64,000 nucleotides of DNA from contig JACKGH010000002.1 in assembly GCA_020632075.1 (NCBI GenBank), forward strand, positions 11,454-75,453, in the 5' to 3' direction. Positions 56,786 to 64,000 of this stretch are shown here, in pieces. A program made the translations under genes and the position numbers. Position 1 is the stretch's first letter, and each line of letters starts with the position of its first letter. The stretch is from Candidatus Nomurabacteria bacterium. Lineage in GTDB: Bacteria; Patescibacteriota; Minisyncoccia; Phycocordibacterales; UBA918. A model generated the notes under the pieces. It was given only the letters and a program-made list of their open reading frames with translations, was not told where the DNA came from and made no database searches.

Positions 56786-58372
56786 CTATCGATTCAAACT
56801 TTCAAGAATTAAGATGATCTCTTCCTCTCGAAGTGGAACCCACGGTGAGTTGTCAGGGTTTGAGGCAGCTGCTGCTGGACTCTGTCCCTGATTCCACCAC
56901 TTAGCGTAGTAGGCAGCACCTTCAAAGAGCACTCGGTCACCCGCATCATAAATGCGCATACCAGACCAGGTCGGATACGTTCCAGCTGGAAGGGTCGGTC
57001 GCTCTACCGGACGATCAGTCGCTAGAACTGGACCGATCAGCATCCATGGTGTCTCCCAGGCCTGTAGCACTGGGTTATCTGGTAGATCATTCTTGGTCCA
57101 CCACTTTGCTTCATACACATTGCCGTGCCACACCACCTTTGTCCCCTTGAGATAGGTTCCGGTCTCTTTCCAGATCTGATACGGACTCGTTTCTGGATCA
57201 TCTTCCACATGCACATTGGTGCGCGGATCTTCGACCGTCAGCATCTTTGCATTCTGCATCAGGTCACCGTCGAAGCCAGCGCCAAGAGCAAGTGAAAACG
57301 CATACGGTGACGCCGTCACGCCACTACAACGATCAGACACCACTTTCACATCAACATAGTTCTCTCCACACGGAATGTCACGATTGGCAGACCATATCGA
57401 CATGCGGCCAACCCCCTGCTCAAGCGCAAACGTATTAAAAGAAACAGCATCTTCGAGAGTGAAGACCTCACCGAGCACATCATTCTGACCGATCATCGGA
57501 GTCGCTCCGAGCTTCTGCCAGACCGTTGCACCATCTTGATACGTCCCGGATTGTTCATACAAAATACCGAGCTGGCGGTGAGTTTCAATGAGTGCCTTGC
57601 GAGACGCTTCATACATTGAATCATTCTCGTCTCGACTACCACCATAGTCCATCGTCATTACGTTCACTCCAGCAATATCTACTCCACCTGCGAGCATGAG
57701 TGCCACCGCGTCAGTACCAGCAGTGGTCAAACCTTGTGGCGCAACCGGCAGGGTCAGCCAGATCGCCAAGTCCTTTTCAGCAGCCCGATACTCTTGCTGC
57801 AGCTGAGCGATCGCTGCAGCACGTCGTTTTGCCGCCTCGAGATCGGTCAACCCCTCGTTTTCAAGATCAAGATCGATCGTATTCACACTGTACCGCTCGA
57901 TCACAGCACGGTATGCATCAGCTAGTGCAGCTTCATCGAGACATTTGAGGGCTAGTTCGGAATTAAGCGCCCCTCCAAACGAGACAGCGATCCGACCACC
58001 GCGCTGCTGAAAACGAGCAATACGTCGATCAAGATCAAGCGAAACCGCTGCTTCATCTAAGGTGTAGTACCCTCCCCAAGTCGGCACACACGGATCATCA
58101 TGGGAAGACACGATGAATGACAAGACCGCATCTGAAGACTCCATACCACCGCGCTGTTCAAAGTCATAGGTTGGCAGTGAGGTGACATCAACATAACCCG
58201 CAAACCACGGAAGATGATCTTCATTTAGCACTTCTTCCTGCCACTTAGCAAAACTCTGGGTTGTACCATATCCAACACCACCAATGATCGCCAAGACAAT
58301 AGCGAGTCGCACGATCGACAATCGCTTTCGGGTCTGTGTCTGTACTACTGAAGCTCCTCCTTCCATATGCAA
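56786..58372 (-). CDS. GH18-like (chitinase-fold) protein with two C-terminal CBM5/12 chitin-binding modules
   Basis: Signal anchor. TIM-barrel cues (FAGYVDV, VSFGGA, NTIDLDLENEG as a DxDxE-like catalytic motif, MTMDYG). Two W...G..Y.A.WW.....P modules (WHGNVYEAKWWTKNDLPDNP and LFEGAAYYAKWWNQGQSP). Confidence 0.65.
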   Translation of the reverse strand: MHMEGGASVVQTQTRKRLSIVRLAIVLAIIGGVGYGTTQSFAKWQEEVLNEDHLPWFAGYVDVTSLPTYDFEQRGGMESSDAVLSFIVSSHDDPCVPTWGGYYTLDEAAVSLDLDRRIARFQQRGGRIAVSFGGALNSELALKCLDEAALADAYRAVIERYSVNTIDLDLENEGLTDLEAAKRRAAAIAQLQQEYRAAEKDLAIWLTLPVAPQGLTTAGTDAVALMLAGGVDIAGVNVMTMDYGGSRDENDSMYEASRKALIETHRQLGILYEQSGTYQDGATVWQKLGATPMIGQNDVLGEVFTLEDAVSFNTFALEQGVGRMSIWSANRDIPCGENYVDVKVVSDRCSGVTASPYAFSLALGAGFDGDLMQNAKMLTVEDPRTNVHVEDDPETSPYQIWKETGTYLKGTKVVWHGNVYEAKWWTKNDLPDNPVLQAWETPWMLIGPVLATDRPVERPTLPAGTYPTWSGMRIYDAGDRVLFEGAAYYAKWWNQGQSPAAAASNPDNSPWVPLREEEIILILESLNR

Positions 58373-58373
58373 A

Positions 58374-60644
58374 TTAATTACCCTCGCTTACTAACCCTCG
58401 CTTCATGCCAAATCGAGGCCAATTCCAAGAACGCTTCTTGGTCGGTGTTACCGGCACTTCGACATATAGTACATCAACTAGTGCCAACCAAAGATCGACG
58501 ATCATATTCTTGACCCCAATATACGCAACGATCGCCCACATAGCCGCAAACGCATTGAAACCAGCGAACGCAGCATTGCCCCAGTTCTGCCCCTCAATGT
58601 TACGCCACAAGGTAAAGAGTGAAAAGATGACGATCGCCAATGGTGCAATGAGATAGAGCCAATTGGTCGCAGTGCGATTCTTCACTTTTGGTGTACGGGC
58701 AAATGGGATCTTTTTGGTAGTGATCGCTTGCTGCAACGACTTCAGTGTACCTGCGATGTTGACCGGAAGCAGAATGAGATTGAAACCGTAGATACGGAAG
58801 ATGTCAGTGTAATTATAGCGACAGTACTTGAGATCCATCGACATTGCAATGAAGTACGGTGCAGCAGCCAACAACACTAACGGACTCAACAGTCGTCCAT
58901 CGTATGGGTACGCCAAAAGAAAAACGAGACCAGCGCTCGACCAAGCGATCGATACCATGTAGTTGGTGCGGATCAAGAACTCAAGCTTCGACATCGGCCG
59001 ACCTTCGTGCTTACGCTTATGACGCAGCTTTAAAAGTTTCGGAAAGATAAGTAACCCACCATTTGCCCACCGCAATCGCTGTACCACCAAAGAGCCGAAG
59101 TCGGGCGGCGTCGCGCTATAACTCAGACGCTCCGGATAATTAACCAGCCGCCAGTCATGGAGTGCCATGTCAATACTCGACTCAGTATCTTCGATCACGG
59201 TGTGGTCTTGGACATAGCGCTTCACTTCAAACCCACCGACAAATTCTGTCTCAACAATATCCTCAAGCGCTCGCTTGCGGATCACTGCATTAGCGCCCAC
59301 CCAAAAGGTTGCCCCGTAGTGACTCATCCCCTGATGAATGATGTGTTGGATATCAGTGGTCGCGCCCGACAGTCGCTCAAGGCGAGATGGTGCACCTCGG
59401 AACGATGAGTATGGAGTCTGTACCACTGCTACATCGGCATTGTTTGGCTGTTCAAGGAAATGTACCAACCGAGCACAGTATCCACGAAGCAATACCGAGT
59501 CAGCATCCAATGTCAAAATGAAATCAGTATCCCTGATCACGAGATCGGCTTCGTCTGCTTTATTGGTCTTCATCAGGATCGTTCCTTCTGCGGTCTGTTC
59601 TTTGTGGTACATACCGCCCATGAGACCAATATACGCATTGAGGTTCATCGCCTTGTTTCGCTCGTGTGAGAGTGAGATGTATCGCTTACGCTCAAAGAGA
59701 CTCACCTTGGCCTGGAAGATCCAGACGAGTCGGTTACACAATTGCTCTACACGACTCTTCGTAAACTGCACACCACCATCACGCAACGCCAGCTGTTCTC
59801 GCCCGGCAGCGCGAAGCTCCCCAGCAAGTTCACACAAGACCTGGTCCGCAAAGAACATGTCTACATGATCTTCGATCACTTCGATCTTAGCTGTATGCTC
59901 TAACCAATCTGCGGTCCATTCATACTGCGCCACAATGCGCTCGATGGCTTTCTTGTCTCCTTTGAAATTCGTCTTCTCTAACTCAGTTCGAAGTGCCATT
60001 GCAGCAGCGAGCGGTTCAGACAAGAGCGCTTCGATCTCAGCACCAAGCTGCAATGTCTGCTCGATGCGCTCTTTGTGCTCTGGTCGTACACGAAACGGCT
60101 CATCGTCAAGCAGTAGTACGACATTGAGATCTGGATGTTCCTGGAGTGCCGCTGAAAGCAAGGTCTTTCTGATCACCTGCACCTCTTCACTATACGAAGG
60201 CACAAGCACAGTGATCGATGAACGATGCGTCGCAAAGTGTTCGTCCAGTACGCGCTGTGGTGCACGCATATGTTTTTTAAAACTCTGGAGCGCACCTTGT
60301 CGGGTGATGAGATAGATAAGTGCGGACAATGTAAGAAAGGTCACGATCGTCGAATAACCCACCACTTCGGCCGTGAACTGGTAATCCTGCGGGCCATCAA
60401 TGAGCTGACGGATGATCACATCGGTAATGTACATAAGCCAAAACACGATCGTCAGCACAATGGCAATGCGGCTGTACGCAATCACAAAATTCGTCGGCTT
60501 GTCGTGCATATATGAAAGTGGCACCACGTTCTTCTCCGAACCCCACTGACGCTTAAACGAACACCGTTCAAGGCTCTTTCCTTTACTCTTTTTCTTACTG
60601 CGAAACATGTTCATAATTTGTATTTCCACCACCACATTAAGCAA
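58374..60644 (-). CDS. Family-2 processive beta-glycosyltransferase (cellulose/chitin/hyaluronan-synthase-like)
   Basis: Transmembrane helices on both sides of a cytoplasmic GT-A domain containing LLLDDEP, LTLDADS, TEDTESS and QRLRWANGG (the D, DxD, TED, QxxRW set). Confidence 0.8.
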   Translation of the reverse strand: MLNVVVEIQIMNMFRSKKKSKGKSLERCSFKRQWGSEKNVVPLSYMHDKPTNFVIAYSRIAIVLTIVFWLMYITDVIIRQLIDGPQDYQFTAEVVGYSTIVTFLTLSALIYLITRQGALQSFKKHMRAPQRVLDEHFATHRSSITVLVPSYSEEVQVIRKTLLSAALQEHPDLNVVLLLDDEPFRVRPEHKERIEQTLQLGAEIEALLSEPLAAAMALRTELEKTNFKGDKKAIERIVAQYEWTADWLEHTAKIEVIEDHVDMFFADQVLCELAGELRAAGREQLALRDGGVQFTKSRVEQLCNRLVWIFQAKVSLFERKRYISLSHERNKAMNLNAYIGLMGGMYHKEQTAEGTILMKTNKADEADLVIRDTDFILTLDADSVLLRGYCARLVHFLEQPNNADVAVVQTPYSSFRGAPSRLERLSGATTDIQHIIHQGMSHYGATFWVGANAVIRKRALEDIVETEFVGGFEVKRYVQDHTVIEDTESSIDMALHDWRLVNYPERLSYSATPPDFGSLVVQRLRWANGGLLIFPKLLKLRHKRKHEGRPMSKLEFLIRTNYMVSIAWSSAGLVFLLAYPYDGRLLSPLVLLAAAPYFIAMSMDLKYCRYNYTDIFRIYGFNLILLPVNIAGTLKSLQQAITTKKIPFARTPKVKNRTATNWLYLIAPLAIVIFSLFTLWRNIEGQNWGNAAFAGFNAFAAMWAIVAYIGVKNMIVDLWLALVDVLYVEVPVTPTKKRSWNWPRFGMKRGLVSEGN

Positions 60645-60745
60645 AACCGCACCGTATCAAAGTGATACAAAAGTGCGGTGTTCTTGGTGTTAATTTATAA
60701 CATTATGTGCAGTTTTGTCAAACTCTTTAGGGTATAGGCTTGATC

Positions 60746-62464
60746 CTATCCAAAGGTGAATGTATACGCTCTAAATCCAGGCTCTACCTTCAATCTCAAC
60801 TCATGCGTGCCATACTCATCACTAGTGTAAATGTGATACATGCGTTCCTCTGACACCATCAACTTCTCCTCTGCCACATCAGCTCCAGCTTGATCGAGTG
60901 AGATCGGTTGGCCATCAAGGTACACTTCAGCAACATTCTCCAAACCAGACCCAAGGACCATGTAGACATTTTTCGCGGTAAAGGTGTATACCAATTCCCC
61001 AGCACTTCGTGTCTCGGCATACTCCGAAGTAATGTTCCAGGTACCATCAAGATACAACTGGTCAGCGGAAAAGGTGGTAGGTAACGAAAGTGTCTGCACA
61101 CCGCCCTCGTGTTTCGTACCATTTCCGAGATACTCATTGCGCTTAGAACCAAAGTACACCTCAGGACTGCCAACCGACGCAAAATCGACAGCTGTGACAC
61201 CGACCACGCCACCCACTGTCTGTGCTGAAGTTTTACCGAGCTGGGCCAGAGCAGCTTGAATTTCTGCTTCAGTCTCGTCGTAAGCACCCTCACCAATGTG
61301 GTCGTAGATGATCTGTCCCTTCTCGTTGATCAAGTATTTTCGCGGCCAAAACTTATTCCCAAACGCCCGCCAGGTCGAGTAGTCATTATCAAGCACCACG
61401 GGGTACTTGATCCCAAAATCAGCGATTGCTTGCTCTACGTTGCTGGTCTGTTGTTCAAATGCAAACTCCGGTGTATGCACCCCAACGATCTCCAAACCCT
61501 GATCGTGATACCGTTCATACCAAGTATTCAAGTATGGCAGCGTGCGACGACAGTTGATACAGCTGTACGTCCAAAAATCTACCAGTACGATCTTTTCGCC
61601 TTGAAATTGCTCTAGAGTAATTGGTTCATTACTGGTATTTAGATACGCACTGATGCCAGCAAGCTCTGGGGCCTGTGGCCCGGTCGGTGCATCCGCGCTA
61701 TCTTTCAGCGCACCGACCGGGCCCATATCGTCAGGCATGTCGGTTTTCTCGAGCAATCGTTGCTCGATCTTGGTCACATCAAAGAAACCTGAATCCAAGA
61801 TCGCTGTCTCCAGCTGTTTATCGAGACCAGAGATGATCGCAAAGCCAACCAACGCGATCAGTACACCCATCCCGCGCTTTACCCAACCGCGCGGATCAGC
61901 TGCGCCAGAGAGACGACCAACCAACTTCTGCCCAAGGAGCGCGATCAAGACCAGCACCAGCGCCAAGCCTAGTGTGTACGAGAACAAGTACACCATCCCG
62001 AGTGCAAACGACGACGGCAGTACAGTCGCCAAGATCACAAAGTATGTAGGAGAGCAGGTTGAGAACACCGGTCCAAGCGCCGCTCCCATAATGACATCAC
62101 CCCACACACTATTTTGCTTACTACCTTTGTTCAACAGCACTTGTGATCGACTGTTGAGAATGGCGTTGAATTTAAGACCTTCCCACAGCGAGGGAAAGAT
62201 CAACACAATTCCAAGCACCAACAAAATACCGCCAGAAAACCATTTCCAGAATGCAGGTGGAATGTCGATCACGAGCGTCGTCGCCTTAAGTAGCAAAGTA
62301 AAGACGATCACCGACAACGCCAGTGAAGCGGTGATAATGTACGGCTTCCACCGATTACCGTGATCGGTCGCTGAGCCACCGATCACAACCGGCAAAAGCG
62401 GTAAAATGCAAGGCGCCAAGACAGTGAGTGCGCCAGCGATAAATGAGATAAGTAGTAACGTCAT
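60746..62464 (-). CDS. CcdA/DsbD-family disulfide-reductant membrane transporter fused to a thioredoxin-like (TlpA/ResA-type) domain and a C-terminal extracytoplasmic domain
   Basis: N-terminal 6-transmembrane domain with CILPLLP and Cys-containing helices. Redoxin domain with the WTYSCINC CxxC motif. Confidence 0.8.
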   Translation of the reverse strand: MTLLLISFIAGALTVLAPCILPLLPVVIGGSATDHGNRWKPYIITASLALSVIVFTLLLKATTLVIDIPPAFWKWFSGGILLVLGIVLIFPSLWEGLKFNAILNSRSQVLLNKGSKQNSVWGDVIMGAALGPVFSTCSPTYFVILATVLPSSFALGMVYLFSYTLGLALVLVLIALLGQKLVGRLSGAADPRGWVKRGMGVLIALVGFAIISGLDKQLETAILDSGFFDVTKIEQRLLEKTDMPDDMGPVGALKDSADAPTGPQAPELAGISAYLNTSNEPITLEQFQGEKIVLVDFWTYSCINCRRTLPYLNTWYERYHDQGLEIVGVHTPEFAFEQQTSNVEQAIADFGIKYPVVLDNDYSTWRAFGNKFWPRKYLINEKGQIIYDHIGEGAYDETEAEIQAALAQLGKTSAQTVGGVVGVTAVDFASVGSPEVYFGSKRNEYLGNGTKHEGGVQTLSLPTTFSADQLYLDGTWNITSEYAETRSAGELVYTFTAKNVYMVLGSGLENVAEVYLDGQPISLDQAGADVAEEKLMVSEERMYHIYTSDEYGTHELRLKVEPGFRAYTFTFG

Positions 62465-62467
62465 AAG

Positions 62468-63061
62468 CTAAATGGTCTGACTCGCCACTGCTGCAGCGCT
62501 GGCGCTACCGGTCCACTTCTTCAGCAGATTGCCATTAGCATCAACTTGAACAAACGTATGCTGCACCGTCACACCGTATTTCTTCTTGAGTTCAGTCTGT
62601 GTATCAAAATCAAGCTTGAGGATCGCCAACCCATCAGGAACACCCGTTGACCTGATACTCGCATCTGCTGCACGACAGGTCGGGCACCACGAAGCATGGA
62701 AGAATAGCACTACATCACCGCTGTTTGCGAGCGCGAGTTTATCTGCCGTGTACGCCTCATACGTACCATGCAAAACGTTGCTGTCCGCTTCCATCATCGC
62801 ATCAGCACCCTCCATCATTACTCCTGCCTCTTCCATCATCGCACCAGATTCCTCCATCATGACACCGTCTGGTACACCGGGTTCTTCTTGCATCATCATT
62901 GCTCCTTCCGCCTCTTCACTCTCTTCCATCATCGCGCTCTCGCTCATAGTAGCTTCCATACTTTCATCAGTGTCCTGAAGCAACCACCAACCGCCAATAC
63001 CCGCCACGACCAGCACCGCCACGATGATCAACATTGTTTTATTGTTTTGATTGTTTTCCAT
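62468..63061 (-). CDS. Membrane-anchored thioredoxin-like protein with a Met/Glu-rich (MMEE)n linker
   Basis: Transmembrane anchor. Tract MSESAMMEESEEAEGAMMMQEE...MMEESGAMMEEAGVMMEGADAMMEAD. C-terminal thioredoxin fold with WCPTC. Confidence 0.7.
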   Translation of the reverse strand: MENNQNNKTMLIIVAVLVVAGIGGWWLLQDTDESMEATMSESAMMEESEEAEGAMMMQEEPGVPDGVMMEESGAMMEEAGVMMEGADAMMEADSNVLHGTYEAYTADKLALANSGDVVLFFHASWCPTCRAADASIRSTGVPDGLAILKLDFDTQTELKKKYGVTVQHTFVQVDANGNLLKKWTGSASAAAVASQTI

Positions 63062-63086
63062 ATATTTATTTTTACTCTTGACTCAC

Positions 63087-64000
63087 CTACTCAGTAAATA
63101 AGTAGAGATAGTCTTGATAACCCTCCCTCGTCATTTCAGTCTGCGACACAAAACGTAGCGCGCCGGAATTGATGCAATAACGCTTCCCACCATGTTCTGT
63201 CGGACCATCGTTGAAAATATGTCCGAGGTGACCTCCCCCACTCCGAACCTCGGTCCGTACTAATCCATAAGTTGTATCCGGCAATTCTGAGACCGGCGCA
63301 CCCGTGATGGTCTGATAGAAGCTCGGCCAGCCAGTTCCGGAATCATATTTGTTGGTTGAGGAAAACAGCGGATCACCCGTCACCACATCGACATAAATGC
63401 CCGCCTCATGATTGTCCCAGTACGCATTCTTAAATGCCGGTTCAGTGCCATTTTCAGCAACAATATGATAGGCGCTAGCATCGAGGGCTTTTTGCAAAAC
63501 AACGATCTCTTCCGCAGTGTAGGTCTGAGGCGTCCACACAGTTGTATCTGTACTACTTGTTTCTAGGGAGTCAGTCACATCCATCCCCTCCTCACTCAAA
63601 AAGTACAGCGCCGCATCCTTAGCCCATGTCTCTTCCACAAAGCCAGCACGACCCGAAGCTCTCTTATATCGTTGATAATGATCAGCGGCCTTTTTGTAAT
63701 AATCCTGATGATACTCTTCTGCTTTAAAGAAAGTCGTAAAAGGAAGGATCTCAGTGACGATCGGTTTATCAAATAGACCACTAGTACCAAGACGCTGCTT
63801 AGAATCCTCAGCGATCTGCCGCTCAGTGTCATTACTGTAAAAGATGGCAGTACGATACTGTGAACCGCGATCTGCGAACTGACCACCATCGTCGGTCGGG
63901 TCGATGTGGCCCCAATACACATCCAAGATCTCTTTGAACGAAATACGAACCGGATCAAATGTCACTTGCACCGCTTCTCGGTGACCAGTCTTACCCCGCG
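63087..64000 (-). CDS. msrAB: Bifunctional methionine sulfoxide reductase MsrA-MsrB fusion, 5' partial: the N-terminus lies beyond the window end
   Basis: The MsrA part continues past 64000 (...TGHREAVQVTFDPVRISFKEILDVYWGHIDPT). The MsrB part has GIYVDVVTGDPLFSS, GWPSF, and HLGHIFNDGP...RYCINS. Confidence 0.85.
   Translation of the reverse strand, partial: RGKTGHREAVQVTFDPVRISFKEILDVYWGHIDPTDDGGQFADRGSQYRTAIFYSNDTERQIAEDSKQRLGTSGLFDKPIVTEILPFTTFFKAEEYHQDYYKKAADHYQRYKRASGRAGFVEETWAKDAALYFLSEEGMDVTDSLETSSTDTTVWTPQTYTAEEIVVLQKALDASAYHIVAENGTEPAFKNAYWDNHEAGIYVDVVTGDPLFSSTNKYDSGTGWPSFYQTITGAPVSELPDTTYGLVRTEVRSGGGHLGHIFNDGPTEHGGKRYCINSGALRFVSQTEMTREGYQDYLYLFTE

Noticed and set aside
1-64000. CRISPR arrays, transposases, integrases, phage genes
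   Set aside because: None found. The direct and inverted repeats seen are short regulatory or terminator-type structures, and no IS-like ORF is present.

Overview
The window is a gene-dense (~52% GC), mostly housekeeping chromosomal segment from a peptidoglycan-containing bacterium with an anaerobic signature (class III ribonucleotide reductase nrdDG next to an iscSU Fe-S module). AGGAGG-type RBSs are common, and almost every gene pair is separated by a GC-rich hairpin with a UUCG/GAAG/CGAA-type loop that works as a bidirectional intrinsic terminator. I can support about 55 CDSs. The confident calls are glmS, an ABC exporter, tsaD, tsaC, lepA, murJ, mgtE, a DEAD-box helicase, phosphomannomutase, msrA, a partial msrAB fusion, iscS/iscU, nrdD/nrdG, a CDF transporter, an Hsp20, PrsW, and an ECF sigma with its anti-sigma. 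The RNA genes are tRNA-Ser(CGA), tRNA-Val(GAC), tRNA-Phe(GAA), tRNA-Arg(CCU) and a minus-strand RNase P RNA. I found no transposase, integrase or CRISPR array.

The regions that do not look ordinary are:
- A three-gene surface operon (16580-20709) encoding a Gly/Asp-rich repeat protein, a small Ser/Thr-rich secreted protein, and a 970-aa wall-anchored protein whose ~40-aa repeat is shared with the first gene. It is preceded by an unusually long (~640 bp) leader carrying a consensus promoter, an in-leader terminator, long perfect palindromes and a triple direct-inverted-direct 15-bp element array.
- An envelope cluster at the 3' end: a GT2 processive glycan synthase, a GH18-like protein with two chitin-binding modules, a CcdA-thioredoxin fusion, a Met-rich membrane thioredoxin, and msrAB.
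- A low-GC islet next to tRNA-Val.
- Several unexplained long-range perfect inverted repeats, two of which have identical 67-bp spacers.

Coordinates of RNA features, hairpins and refined start codons were hand-counted and may be off by 1-2 nt. CDS ends follow the ORF track.
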